DNA of 64,000 nt from Candidatus Bathyarchaeum tardum (GCA_024650005.2 CP122380.1:768001-832000); one strand, 5' to 3'. Positions 42,433 through 52,057 are shown, numbered from the stretch's first letter. The notes: a model not told the origin generated them from the letters alone. Program-made: numbers and translations.

Positions 42433-42674
42433 AAATTGCCACGGTTTACGGATGCATCTGGTTTCAGATGATCTGCATTTCAAAAAAATGAAAAATGTAG
42501 AAACAAAGTGGTATGGTGCCTCTGATTTTTTTGATTTTTGTTTTTGGCAGTTTTTTGCTAGGAAGTTTTTAGGTTCTGCATATGTTTAGGGGATAACTGT
42601 TAACTGTCAGAGCTAATTTTTTAATGCTGCTCTGTGAATGAAAATTATTTCTTGTTACGTTTTGGGGTTAATTC

Positions 42675-43310
42675 TTAGAATATGTTGACGAGGGTGGGGT
42701 AAAGAACGTAGACTATGATTAAGTATATTGTAAATAATCCTATTGTTATGATTAGGTTTTTTTGCCATTGTTTGCTGCTTGCGATTCCAAAGGGTACCCC
42801 GATTATGAATCCGATCAAGTGTCCAATGTATGATATGTTTCCTTGGGTTCCGTAATAGAATTCTATTATGTTGAAGAAAAAGTACATTATTGCAACTAAG
42901 CCTAGGGGCATTAAGAATATGAATGAAAATTTTAATGGTTTTAATAGCATGACTATCGCTGTTAAGGTGAATATGGCAGCAGAGGCTCCCAGCATTTGAA
43001 CGTTAGGCGGGTAATAAAATAGGCTGAAAAGAAATGCTCCTATTCCTCCGCAAAAGAAAGGTATGATAACCCATTTTTGTTCTAGTTCGTTTTCTATGGT
43101 GTTTCCGAATATGTAGAAAAAAATCATGTTTCCCCCCAGATGAAAAATGTCAGCGTGTAAAAATATCCCTGTAATTACGGTCCAAATCATTCCTTTTTGA
43201 AGATTTTCACCACTGAATACTAGATTGTTTAGTAACGTTTGGTCACCAATGAACCAGACTGTTAATGAACTTAAAATACAAAATAGAATTAGCACATTGG
43301 TTTTGTTCAT
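42675..43310 (-). CDS. Rhomboid family intramembrane serine protease
   Basis: FLHADIFHLGGNM, GASAA, GHLIG. Confidence 0.92.
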   Translation of the reverse strand: MNKTNVLILFCILSSLTVWFIGDQTLLNNLVFSGENLQKGMIWTVITGIFLHADIFHLGGNMIFFYIFGNTIENELEQKWVIIPFFCGGIGAFLFSLFYYPPNVQMLGASAAIFTLTAIVMLLKPLKFSFIFLMPLGLVAIMYFFFNIIEFYYGTQGNISYIGHLIGFIIGVPFGIASSKQWQKNLIITIGLFTIYLIIVYVLYPTLVNIF

Positions 43311-43502
43311 ACTCTTTTCCTCTTTTTCTTGGTTTTATTTTTTTTGTTGCAAAGGAATCCTTGTATAGTGTCGTTATGTTTAATTCCGGAAAAGATTGCT
43401 TGCTTTATGTGCAACATTTTGTATTATGGTGTTGAAGCTGTAATCTCGTCAGGATTTAAAGTTAGTATCTGTTGAATTTAGGTTTTAATATGTTGTTGTG
43501 CA

Positions 43503-43709
43503 TTGTATTATGGGGTGTTTATTTTGGGTGATGTTTACAAGCCTGAGGATTTTGTTGGTGAACGCAGAAAGCCTTCTGATTTGTCTCCTGGTTTGAATGA
43601 GGTTTTTCCTAAAACGTTGCAAGAAGTTGTTCGTGAGGTTAAGTTATTAAAAAGTGAAGTGGAAAAAATTAAGCAAGCGTTGAAAGCTAACGGAATAGTT
43701 GTTGAATAG
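43503..43709 (+). CDS. Small hypothetical protein
   Basis: C-terminal coiled coil LQEVVREVKLLKSEVEKIKQAL; start uncertain. Confidence 0.55.
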   Translation: MYYGVFILGDVYKPEDFVGERRKPSDLSPGLNEVFPKTLQEVVREVKLLKSEVEKIKQALKANGIVVE

Positions 43710-43797
43710 GGGGTAAGCTGTTTTTTAGTTAACTTTAAGGTTTTGTTGTTGTTGGGGGGAGGGGGGGTCAACAACAACATTTGTGTTTTAAGGAAAA
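43709..43797 (+). repeat. Modular repeat with G-loop hairpin (tgttgttgttg-G-rich-caacaacaaca, 43744-43779)
   Basis: Same hairpin at 47088, 50819, 57298, 59142 and 60191; 5' flank ggggtaagctg..ttagttaac.ttaagg shared with 47056. Confidence 0.9.
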
Positions 43798-43990
43798 AGT
43801 CGTTTATGCTGATTGGGTTTTGTGATAATTACGATTTATGGGGATAAAATGCAGGACAGTAAGAATTGCATGTGAATTTTTTAGTATTTTTAGAGGATTC
43901 TAAATTAGGCCTAAACAAAATTAGAGGCGTTAGTGAACACGGCGTAATGTTAAATAGGTCAAAGTAAAACCTATTTGTAGGGGACTGTAT

Positions 43991-44542
43991 TTGGTTGAAT
44001 TAATTATCGGCGGTTTGATTGCTGTAATAGTAATTGTTGTCGTTTCAGTGATTTTTTATTACTATAACAGAATAAGGATATTATTTAATAGAATTGAAGA
44101 AGCATGGGCTCAAATTGATGTTCAACTGAAAAAGCGTTTTGATTTAGTTCCAAATCTAGTTGAAACGGTAAAAGGTTACGCTAAGCATGAAAAGGATATT
44201 TTTGAAAATGTTGCCCAGGCAAGGCAGGGAATGGTTACCGGCACAAGAGAGGAAAGGATGGAATCGTCCAATCAACTTACAAGTACTTTAAAGTCTTTGT
44301 TTGCAGTTGCTGAAAATTATCCGGTTCTTAAAGCGAGTGATAACTTTAAGCTTCTTCAAGAACAGTTAGAGGGAATTGAAAACAAGATTGCTTATGCTCG
44401 GCAGTATTACAATAGTTCGGTGTTGAATTATAACAATCTTATTACAACTGTTCCTGGAAGTTGGTTTGCAGGAAACAGAAGCAAGCACGCTTTTCTTGAG
44501 ACTCCTGCTGAGGAACGAAGCCCCGTCAAAGTGAAATTCTAA
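43991..44542 (+). CDS. lemA: LemA family protein
   Basis: AWAQIDVQLKKRFDLVPNLVETVKGYAKHE; AVAENYP.LKA. Confidence 0.95.
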   Translation: MVELIIGGLIAVIVIVVVSVIFYYYNRIRILFNRIEEAWAQIDVQLKKRFDLVPNLVETVKGYAKHEKDIFENVAQARQGMVTGTREERMESSNQLTSTLKSLFAVAENYPVLKASDNFKLLQEQLEGIENKIAYARQYYNSSVLNYNNLITTVPGSWFAGNRSKHAFLETPAEERSPVKVKF

Positions 44543-45441
44543 TGGCTAAAACCAGTTTTTCCGACGAGATTGCTAAAAACAAAAGGTTTTCTGTCATCCT
44601 TGCTGTAGTTGTTTCTTTGTTTTTGTTTTTTTTGATATATTTTATTGTTTATTTTTTTATTCCAGAATTTGTTTTGGTTGTTCTTCCTGTCTCTATACTT
44701 TTTATTGTAATTTACACGTATAGTTCGTATAGATTTGGGGATAGCATAGTTTTATCTACAACAAATGCAAAACCTGCCGATCCTATAAAACATCGGTATT
44801 TGCTTGATACCGTTGAGGGCTTAAGCATTGCATCAGGGATACCCGCCCCCAAGACATATGTTATAGAAAATCAGGATCTTAATGCTTTTGCGACTGGTAG
44901 AAACCCAGAAAATGCTAGCATCGCGGTCACAACTGGTCTTATTGATACTCTGAATAGGCAAGAGCTTGAAGGCGTGGTTGCTCACGAAATTTCTCATATT
45001 AAAAACCGGGATATATTGTTCATGACTTTGATTGCTGTTCTAGTTGGTCTTGCAGCTATACTTAGTCATTTTCTAATACGATCCATGTGGTTTGGGGGTC
45101 AAAGAAATCGAAGGGATAAAGGAGGGGGCATAATTGTTATCGTTTTCCTTGTTGGCTTATTTTTAGCTGTTTTTGCTCCAATTGCTACTCGATTGGTTCA
45201 ATTTGCTGTTTCAAGAAAACGTGAATATTTAGCTGACGCTTCAGGGGTAAGCGTTACAAGATATCCTGAAGGATTAGCATCGGCTCTTGAAAAGATTGCA
45301 AACAAGAATCAGGGAAGAATGAAAGTAAGCGATGCAGTAAGCCATTTGTTTTTTGTTGATCCGCAAAAGAGTTCCCTAGATAGCCTTTTTGCGACACATC
45401 CTCCAATACGAGAAAGAATTAAAAAACTCAGACAGATGTAA
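44542..45441 (+). CDS. M48 metalloprotease (HtpX-like), coupled to lemA
   Basis: NAFATG, HEISH, SRKREYLAD, FATHPP. Confidence 0.92.
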   Translation: MAKTSFSDEIAKNKRFSVILAVVVSLFLFFLIYFIVYFFIPEFVLVVLPVSILFIVIYTYSSYRFGDSIVLSTTNAKPADPIKHRYLLDTVEGLSIASGIPAPKTYVIENQDLNAFATGRNPENASIAVTTGLIDTLNRQELEGVVAHEISHIKNRDILFMTLIAVLVGLAAILSHFLIRSMWFGGQRNRRDKGGGIIVIVFLVGLFLAVFAPIATRLVQFAVSRKREYLADASGVSVTRYPEGLASALEKIANKNQGRMKVSDAVSHLFFVDPQKSSLDSLFATHPPIRERIKKLRQM

Positions 45442-45657
45442 AATAAAACTTGACATATTTCAAAAATTTAAGCAAGGGTCGAAGTCTTGAAGGTCAAATA
45501 GGTGCTGTTGGGGTTTTGTTAGTTTAGAACTTTTTGTTTCCTTCATTGTTACAGATGAGTCAAGAAGGATAAGCATGATGGGTGTGTTTTTGATGTTTTA
45601 AAGCATTTTTTAAGAACATAAATAGCCTTCGGTGTACCATGGTTATCGGGGTTATAT

Positions 45658-46395
45658 TTGCATTATCAAGATCTTTTTATTGGTCATAAAGCGTTTTGGA
45701 AAATTGATCGTAACGCTAAGTATTACGAGCTTTATATGCGGCAACAAAAGAGTTGGGCGCATTGGCCCGATTCTGTTTCAATTACTGAAATGCAAAAGTT
45801 GTTGCGTTTTGTTCCTACTTGGGATCCAAAGTATAAAGGCAAAAATGCTGAAAGTTTAGCTGACATATTTTATGAAATTCTTCCTACTGTAAAGGAGTTA
45901 TATGCTGACAAATTGGAAAATGTAAAGTTTGATTCGGTTTATCTGCAAAAGATTAGGCATGTTTTTGATAAAGTAGCAAGGTATAAAACAAGTTATGAAT
46001 CTACTGATGCTTCTAAAATTTTGCATATGATTCTTCCAAACTTGCTTGTGATGTGGGACAAAAATATTCGTCAAGGAATTTTGGGCAAGGAAAACAAAAA
46101 AAAGGGTTCAATGTATGCTTTGGATTTTTTGCCTAAAATGCAAAATGAGTTGTTGGAAGCTGTTGATACTTGTATGGAAGAAGAAAACTTGCAAAGGGAT
46201 GAAGCAGTCAGTTTTATTCGCCGGGAATGTGGAAATGAGTATCTTCCAAAACTTGTTTATGAACTCAATTATGTTTTCTATACTCCGACCAGTGAATTCA
46301 GGGATTATCTTTTAAAAATTAAAGATGCAGGTGAAGTCTCCATTGATGTTTTCAGTCGGTTGTTTGAAAATTTGCTTCAGGTTGATGTTACTTAG
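45658..46395 (+). CDS. Hypothetical protein with ASKILH...P.L..MWD motif
   Basis: 245-aa ORF; the motif resembles helical HhH-like/DUF6308-type proteins (tentative). Confidence 0.55.
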   Translation: MHYQDLFIGHKAFWKIDRNAKYYELYMRQQKSWAHWPDSVSITEMQKLLRFVPTWDPKYKGKNAESLADIFYEILPTVKELYADKLENVKFDSVYLQKIRHVFDKVARYKTSYESTDASKILHMILPNLLVMWDKNIRQGILGKENKKKGSMYALDFLPKMQNELLEAVDTCMEEENLQRDEAVSFIRRECGNEYLPKLVYELNYVFYTPTSEFRDYLLKIKDAGEVSIDVFSRLFENLLQVDVT

Positions 46396-46423
46396 TTTTT
46401 GCTGATGCCTTATAACATTAGGT

Positions 46424-46585
46424 GATGTTGATTCAGATATGCTCACCTTGATCGTATCTGATGGTAGCAAACTGTCTTACGCTGAAGAAGCAGGCGATAT
46501 AGTAGTCCATTTTGGCGAGAACGGAAAACCGTTTTATTTCCCTCATGGTTGAAAGTCTAGCAAAAAGAAGTTTTACCAGTGTGAT
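46424..46585 (+). pseudogene. Decayed copy of the DUF2283-type gene at 56187
   Basis: aactgtcttacgctgaagaag...atagtagt.cattttg shared with 56255-56298; start lost, internal deletion. Confidence 0.8.
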
Positions 46586-46675
46586 AGAATTTTTTTGATT
46601 TAGAATTTGCTGTGGGTTTTGGATTTTGTAGGTCTGAATTAGTATTTGTTTGATTGTTATGGACAAATGCTGTTG

Positions 46676-46894
46676 CTATTCTATTAGGTTTAGAATTTCT
46701 TCTTTTGTTAAGTCTGCTTCGGATATGATTGTCAGCAGTAGTCCTGTTTTTATTTCTCTGTGTTTTGGAACTGGAACTATGGTTTCGTTTTTGATTAGAA
46801 TTAAGTGGCTTCCTTTTTGTCGGGCAACTTGAAAACCTGCTTTGGCTAGGGCTTTTACTACTTTACGCCAAGAGAGCAGTGGGAGTTTCGACAA
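46676..46894 (-). CDS. hicA: HicA family toxin (near-identical to 56659..56877)
   Basis: KALAKAGFQVARQKGSH...VPVPKH.EIKTGLL..II. Confidence 0.9.
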   Translation of the reverse strand: MSKLPLLSWRKVVKALAKAGFQVARQKGSHLILIKNETIVPVPKHREIKTGLLLTIISEADLTKEEILNLIE

Positions 46895-46994
46895 TGACCT
46901 CAGCCCGTTCTCCTTTATGGCCGTGGCTCAAAAGTTCCGCTTTTACTTCTAAGTATCCTTCTATGGCTTCTTTGATGTTTTTTAGAGCTTCTTG
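46863..46994 (-). pseudogene. hicB: 5'-truncated hicB (copy of 56846..57079)
   Basis: Matches 56846-56977, then breaks into repeat sequence; start and promoter are missing. Confidence 0.85.
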
Positions 46995-46997
46995 TTA

Positions 46998-47140
46998 TGT
47001 TTTTGTTGTTGTGCATTTGAAAATGATTGTTTGAACAACAGTATCTTTGATTGTTGGGGGTTAAGCTGGTTTTTAGTTAACGTTAAGGTTTTGTTGTTGG
47101 GGAGGGGGGTCAACAACAACATTTGTGTTTGAAGGAAAAT
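46998..47140 (+). repeat. Modular repeat with G-loop hairpin (47088-47121)
   Basis: gaaaatgattgtttgaacaaca module plus gttgttggggaggggggtcaacaacaacatttgtgttt. Confidence 0.85.
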
Positions 47141-47197
47141 TTCTAGTAAGGTAAACAGTTATTGGGGTTTGTTGATTTTTCTAAGTGGAGCACATAA

Positions 47198-48139
47198 ATG
47201 TTGTCTGTTGATGGCACAGTTTTGGTTACTGGGGGTGCAGGTTTCATAGGCAGCCATATTGTCGATCGGTTGCTTAAAGATGGGGTTAAAGTACGGGTTG
47301 TTGATGATCTTTCTACTGGGGATAAATCAAATCTTAGTCAGCATAAAAATAACCCTGATTTTGAGTTCGTCCAAGGAGATATCCGGGATTTTGGTGTTGT
47401 GCAAAAGGCTGTAAAAGGTGTTGATGCCGTAGTTCATGAAGCAGCCCTTGTAAGTGTTATTCAATCTGTTGGGGATCCGTTGTTTTCTAACAGTATTAAT
47501 GTTGTAGGTTCTCTTAATTTGCTTAAAGCCAGTGCAGAAGAAAAGGTGCATCGGTTTGTTTTTGCGTCTTCTTGTGCAGTCTATGGGGCTTGTGAAGATT
47601 TGCCTCTTACCGAAGAGTCTAGTGTAAAGCCTCTTTCTCCGTATGCAGTGGATAAGTTAGCTATGGAAAATTATGCTCGGGTTTTTAATGAGGTCAGTGA
47701 TTTGGAAACGGTTGGTTTGCGGTATTTCAATGTGTATGGACCACGGCAAAAATGTGGTCCGTACTGTGGCGTGATTTCTGTTTTTTTTGATAGTTTCTTG
47801 AGAAATAAGTCTCCTGTTATTTTTGGTGATGGGGAGCAGACCCGTGATTTTGTTAATGTGTCCGATGTTGTTGAAGCTAATTTGTGTGCTTTAACAAGAG
47901 TTCAAGCTGCTGGGCAGGTGTTCAATGTGTGCACTGGGAAAGCAACCACAGTGAACAAGGTTTTAGCTGCTGTTGGGGAAATTGCAGGTAAATCGGAAAT
48001 TGAAGCTGTTTATAAACAGTCTCGAGCAGGAGATATCAAACATAGTTATGGGGATAATAGTAAAGCAAAACGTGGATTAGGTTTTGAAGCGAAGGTTGAT
48101 TTAAAAACCGGTTTATCTGAGTTGTTTTCGGTAGGCTAA
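47198..48139 (+). CDS. NAD-dependent epimerase/dehydratase (extended SDR, GalE/WbpP-like)
   Basis: TGGAGFIGSH, ASSCAVYG, YAVDK, LRYFNVYGP, GDGEQTRDF. Confidence 0.93.
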   Translation: MLSVDGTVLVTGGAGFIGSHIVDRLLKDGVKVRVVDDLSTGDKSNLSQHKNNPDFEFVQGDIRDFGVVQKAVKGVDAVVHEAALVSVIQSVGDPLFSNSINVVGSLNLLKASAEEKVHRFVFASSCAVYGACEDLPLTEESSVKPLSPYAVDKLAMENYARVFNEVSDLETVGLRYFNVYGPRQKCGPYCGVISVFFDSFLRNKSPVIFGDGEQTRDFVNVSDVVEANLCALTRVQAAGQVFNVCTGKATTVNKVLAAVGEIAGKSEIEAVYKQSRAGDIKHSYGDNSKAKRGLGFEAKVDLKTGLSELFSVG

Positions 48140-48261
48140 ATTTTTTTGTAGGTTATTATGAACGGTAGAAAGGTTCTAATTGTTTTTTGTAGAATGAATG
48201 TTTTATAGCGCGTTTGTGTGGATTTTTATAGGAAACAGTTGAGTGGGGAGAACCAGGGTTT

Positions 48262-49827
48262 ATGAATAAAATTGTTGTTTTGGATACGTCTGTGATTATT
48301 GATCGGAAAGTTGTTGAAATTATCGAGGCTGAAAAGCCTGAGCAGTTGATAATACCTTATGTGGTGTTGGATGAATTGCAGTCTCAAGCTTCAAAAGGAA
48401 GGGATGAAGGCTACATCGGTTTAGAGCATCTCAAAGTGGTTCGCAAGATTTGTAAGGATCAGCAAATCGAGTTAAGTTTTCAAGGTGAACGTCCAACTTT
48501 GGATGATATAAAGTTGGCCGGCAGCGGACGGCTTGATGCTCTTATTCGGGATGTTTCCAGGAAAAATCAGGGTGTTTTGTTTACTTCGGATTATGTGCAG
48601 TCGTTAGTTGGTGAAGCAGAGGGAATTAAAACCCATTATGTGCCTAAAAAGAGAAAGAAGAGGGCAATGAGTTTTAAGCGTTTTTTCACGCCGGATACCA
48701 TGTCTATTCATTTAAAGCAAGGAGCATCTCCCCTGGCTAAACGGGGTGGTCCGGGCAGTTTTAATCTTGTTAAAATTCGGCTCAAAGCCCTTTCTGAAAA
48801 GGAGTTGAAATTGATGATCAGTCAAATAATGGACGTTGCACGGCGGGAAGAAAAAATTTTTATTGAAATTGACGAGCCTGGGGCTACAGTTATTCAAATG
48901 GGGGAATACCGTATAGCCTTGGCTAAGCCTCCTTTTTCGGATAAGTTAGAAATTACCGTGGTAAGGCCCCTAGTTAAGCTTCGGTTGCAGGATTACCGTC
49001 TTTCCAGTAAATTGATGAATCGGTTAAAGTCCCGAGCCGAAGGAGTGTTAATTGCAGGTCCTCCCGGTTCTGGGAAAACAACTTTTGTTAGTAGTTTAGC
49101 AGATTTTTATTCCAGTCAAGGAAAAATAACCAAAACGTTAGAGTCGCCCCGTGATTTGCAGGTTTGTCCCGAGATTACCCAGTATACTCCCCTGAATGGG
49201 GATTTTGCTAAAACAGCTAGCCTTTTGTTGTTAGTACGTCCTGATTATACGATTTTTGATGAGTTACGGGAAAATTCTACCTTTACTGTTTTTGCGGACA
49301 TGAGGTTAGCCGGAGTTGGCATGATCGGGGTTGTGCATGCTGCTGGGGCAGTTGATGCTGTTAAACGGTTCATATCCCGTGTGGAGTTAGGCATGATTCC
49401 TTCAGTAATAGATACCGTCATATTCATTAAATCTGGAAAAATTGAAAAAATTTATGATTTGTCTTTAACCGTGAAAGTCCCCACCGGGATGTTTGAAGCA
49501 GATTTGGCTCGTCCCCTAGTAGAGGTTAAAGATTTTGAAACTGGAAAGTTGGAATATGAGATTTATACTTTTGGCAAAGAGAATGTTGTTGTTCCAATTA
49601 AAGAAGAGGAGAAAAAAGTTTCTGCTGTTCAGGATTTGGCGTTGCAAAGAATTACTCAAAGTATACAAAAGTACGATAAAGGCGCCCAAATAGAGTTAAC
49701 CGGAAAAAACAGGGCTTTAATTAAAGTTGATAAAAAAGTTATTCCAAGAATCATCGGCAAAAATGGCAAAAACATTTCTAAAATTGAAAAAAATTTGGGT
49801 ATCCAAATTGACATAGAGCCAAAATAA
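48262..49827 (+). CDS. PINA-type ATPase (PIN + P-loop ATPase + KH)
   Basis: VLDTSVIID PIN domain; GPPGSGKTT; ESPRDL; RPDYTIFDE; IIGKNG KH. Confidence 0.9.
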   Translation: MNKIVVLDTSVIIDRKVVEIIEAEKPEQLIIPYVVLDELQSQASKGRDEGYIGLEHLKVVRKICKDQQIELSFQGERPTLDDIKLAGSGRLDALIRDVSRKNQGVLFTSDYVQSLVGEAEGIKTHYVPKKRKKRAMSFKRFFTPDTMSIHLKQGASPLAKRGGPGSFNLVKIRLKALSEKELKLMISQIMDVARREEKIFIEIDEPGATVIQMGEYRIALAKPPFSDKLEITVVRPLVKLRLQDYRLSSKLMNRLKSRAEGVLIAGPPGSGKTTFVSSLADFYSSQGKITKTLESPRDLQVCPEITQYTPLNGDFAKTASLLLLVRPDYTIFDELRENSTFTVFADMRLAGVGMIGVVHAAGAVDAVKRFISRVELGMIPSVIDTVIFIKSGKIEKIYDLSLTVKVPTGMFEADLARPLVEVKDFETGKLEYEIYTFGKENVVVPIKEEEKKVSAVQDLALQRITQSIQKYDKGAQIELTGKNRALIKVDKKVIPRIIGKNGKNISKIEKNLGIQIDIEPK

Positions 49828-49863
49828 TATTTTTTTGATTTCATATTATTGGTTTTTTGTGGA

Positions 49864-49960
49864 TTATCCATGTATCGGGTCTATAACTTGCATTGTGAGT
49901 TTGTTTGCTAGGCGCTTGAAGACGTCGTCATGGGAGATGGTTTGTTAATGTTATATGTGT
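49864..49960 (-). pseudogene. Relic of a PIN/VapC C-terminus
   Basis: Minus strand reads ...ISHDDVFKRLANKLTMQVIDPIHG*; related to the relic at 60310-60513. Confidence 0.55.
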
Positions 49961-50007
49961 AGTTTGTTTTTTGGCTGGGACCGGTGATTGTTGGTTTGGG
50001 TGTGTTT

Positions 50008-50034
50008 AAGTAATACTTGTTATAGGTATTACTT
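50008..50034. promoter_or_regulatory. Inverted repeat aagtaatac-N-gtattactt, probable TA autoregulatory operator
   Basis: Directly upstream of the AbrB start at 50044. Confidence 0.6.
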
Positions 50035-50043
50035 GTGTTAAGT

Positions 50044-50271
50044 ATGACTGAAGTTGCGGTTACGAAAAAGGGGCAAGTTACAATACCTGTGGAGCTAAGA
50101 AGGAAGTTTGGCATAGAAGAGAGTTCAAAAGTGGAAATAGTAGAGGAAGAGGGAAAAATTGTGATCAGAAAGTGTTCCAGCATTTTTGATTTAGCAGGCA
50201 GTGGTGCAGGTAAAGCTGAAGTCAAAGAGTTAAAAAGGGCTTTAGATCAGATGAGGCAAGAAGATGCCTGA
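50044..50271 (+). CDS. vapB: AbrB/MazE-type antitoxin (VapB)
   Basis: VTKKGQVTIPVELRRKFGI. Confidence 0.9.
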   Translation: MTEVAVTKKGQVTIPVELRRKFGIEESSKVEIVEEEGKIVIRKCSSIFDLAGSGAGKAEVKELKRALDQMRQEDA

Positions 50272-50662
50272 AAGTTGCTTGTATGATACTCGTTTTTTTG
50301 TTGAATATTTTTATTCAAATGACGTAGAATTTCGCAGCAAGCTCAAAAAAGATCTTAAAGACGTAAAAGAGCGTTTGGTTTCTGCTTTGGTAGTTCATGA
50401 AATTCATAAGATCAGTCTAGAAAGACAAGGGAAACAAGTTGCCTTCTTAAGGAGTAACATCATTTGCAGGGATTTTAAAGTTGTAGAGGTGGATTTTGTA
50501 ATCGCCCTAAAAAGTGCAGAATTAAGAAGCAAGCACAGGATACCCTTAGCCGATAGTGTAATTGCAGCCTCTGCCCAAGTTCACAGATGCACTCTGGTTT
50601 CAGACGATCCTCATTTCAAAAAAATAAAAAATGTAAAAACAAAATGGTATAGCATCCTCTGA
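50264..50662 (+). CDS. vapC: PIN-domain toxin VapC
   Basis: LYDT, VHE, LADSVIAASA, LVSDDPHF. Confidence 0.9.
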   Translation: MPESCLYDTRFFVEYFYSNDVEFRSKLKKDLKDVKERLVSALVVHEIHKISLERQGKQVAFLRSNIICRDFKVVEVDFVIALKSAELRSKHRIPLADSVIAASAQVHRCTLVSDDPHFKKIKNVKTKWYSIL

Positions 50663-50664
50663 TT

Positions 50665-50870
50665 GTCTAGAAACGTTGTTATAACGGCAACAACATTTTG
50701 GAAAGAGCAAAAAAGTAGTCGTCTTTTTGGTATACAGTTACTGGACGACTACTACTGCCTTAAAGAATGGGTCACAAGATGTTTTACTTGAACATGATTT
50801 TGCATAATATGCTAGTTTTGTTGTTGTTGGGGGGTAGGGGGGGTCAACAACAACATTTGTGTTTGAAGGT
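50665..50870 (+). repeat. Near-complete modular repeat (hairpins 50714-50753 and 50819-50855)
   Basis: agtagtcgtc/gacgactact plus G-loop hairpin; closely similar to 57160-57340 and 59003-59185. Confidence 0.92.
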
Positions 50871-50894
50871 ACCATAAGCAGTTTTGGGATTTGC

Positions 50895-51065
50895 CCTTAT
50901 CTGCTCAAAGCCTGTGCAGTTTCAAATGTGAAACGGTTTGTTTTTTCTTCGTGTGCAGTTTATGGGGCTTATGAAACAGTGCGTATTAACGAAGGGTCTT
51001 GTGTAAAGCCTCTTTCGCCATATGGTGGATAAGTTAATTCGTTGGAAATTATGTTCGGGTTTTTA
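50895..51065 (+). pseudogene. Internal fragment of an epimerase paralog
   Basis: cggtttgtttttt...gtgcagt.tatggggctt.tgaa...gtgtaaagcctctttc matches 47552-47640; frameshifted. Confidence 0.8.
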
Positions 51066-51134
51066 GTTTTTCAGGTTTAAATTGTGTTGCTTTTTTTGTG
51101 TATTTAAAGTGTTTATGGTTTGGATACTGTTAAG

Positions 51135-51311
51135 TTATTTGTCATGAACTTTTTGCGCGCAAGTTTTAACAATGACAAAATCGTTTTCTTGTTCAATGTG
51201 GTAAATAATAATATTGGAGTCACAGGGTTTATCACATATTCAACAATGACGCTCACGCCAAAGAAGAGCCTTGATTTTATTGGCATCTTTGAAAGGAGGT
51301 GGTTTTGTCAT
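51135..51311 (-). pseudogene. Relic of an HNH-type nuclease gene
   Basis: MTKPPPFKDANKIKALLWRERHC*ICDKPCDSNIIIYHIEQ, resembling RxCCxC...I.xHHI with an in-frame stop. Confidence 0.5.
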
Positions 51312-51407
51312 TTACGTCACAGGATTTAAGGCACATATAAATATTAATTTTTTAACAATGTTTTGATCTATTTTCTGAGTTGGATTTTGACGGTTCAATG
51401 TCCATGT

Positions 51408-51962
51408 TTAATATTTCAATGCTGTGATGTATTCAAGTTCGGGGTAAAGTTTGAGGGATCCTCGAGATATTATCTGTCCTTCTTCTGATAGGTAATATGT
51501 GAGTTTGTCATCTTTTTTTGTTTCAACCAGTTGGCCTTGTTTTACGAGTTTTTCTACTAATAATGATTTATTTAACTCTACGGCTTTTTCTGCAGAAAGT
51601 GATCCTTGTAGATATAGGTAAACTAAAATTTCTTCTTCTCTTGAAGGGGTTGGATAGTATGCTGTTTTAAGAATGAGGTTCTGTAATTCTTCTGGAAGGT
51701 TGAGTAATCCGCCTCTTTCATTTAATGTTATCACAGTAGTTTGTCCAATCTTTGTTATTTCCAGATTTTTTTCCTTTAGATTTTCCTGTGTTTCCATAAG
51801 AATGTCTAAGGTTTTCTTCACTGTTCTTCTGTTAAGGCCAGTTTGTTTTGATAAATTGCTAATTGAGTATGGACTTTTCGCACGTGATAATGTATCCAAC
51901 ACAATCTTAACTGCGTCTTGACAACTTGTTCGAACAGTATTCATATGGATGTTTGCCTCCAA
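51408..51962 (-). CDS. Protein with two winged-HTH-like domains
   Basis: SISNLSKQTGLNRRTVKKTL HTH; C-terminal EKLVKQGQL...YYLSEEG wing. Confidence 0.7.
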   Translation of the reverse strand: MEANIHMNTVRTSCQDAVKIVLDTLSRAKSPYSISNLSKQTGLNRRTVKKTLDILMETQENLKEKNLEITKIGQTTVITLNERGGLLNLPEELQNLILKTAYYPTPSREEEILVYLYLQGSLSAEKAVELNKSLLVEKLVKQGQLVETKKDDKLTYYLSEEGQIISRGSLKLYPELEYITALKY

Positions 51963-51994
51963 ACCTTACCGTTATGGGCATAACTATATTAATA

Positions 51995-52016
51995 TTTGTG
52001 TATAATTATACACAAA
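51995..52016. promoter_or_regulatory. Perfect 22-bp palindrome between divergent genes
   Basis: tttgtgtataattatacacaaa. Confidence 0.75.
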
Positions 52017-52057
52017 CCTTAAAGGTTGTTTTCCCCATAAAGCTTTTTTGAAATAAA

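Noticed and set aside
43535-43780. ORFs translated from repeats (MLLLTPPPPNNNK..., also 26137, 29328, 53011, 56408, 57267)
   Set aside because: Reading frames are not preserved between repeat copies, so these are non-coding.
50665-50870. AAC-rich repeats as DGR template or variable repeats
   Set aside because: No reverse transcriptase, the copies are not at the 3' ends of target ORFs, and variation is not limited to adenines on one strand.
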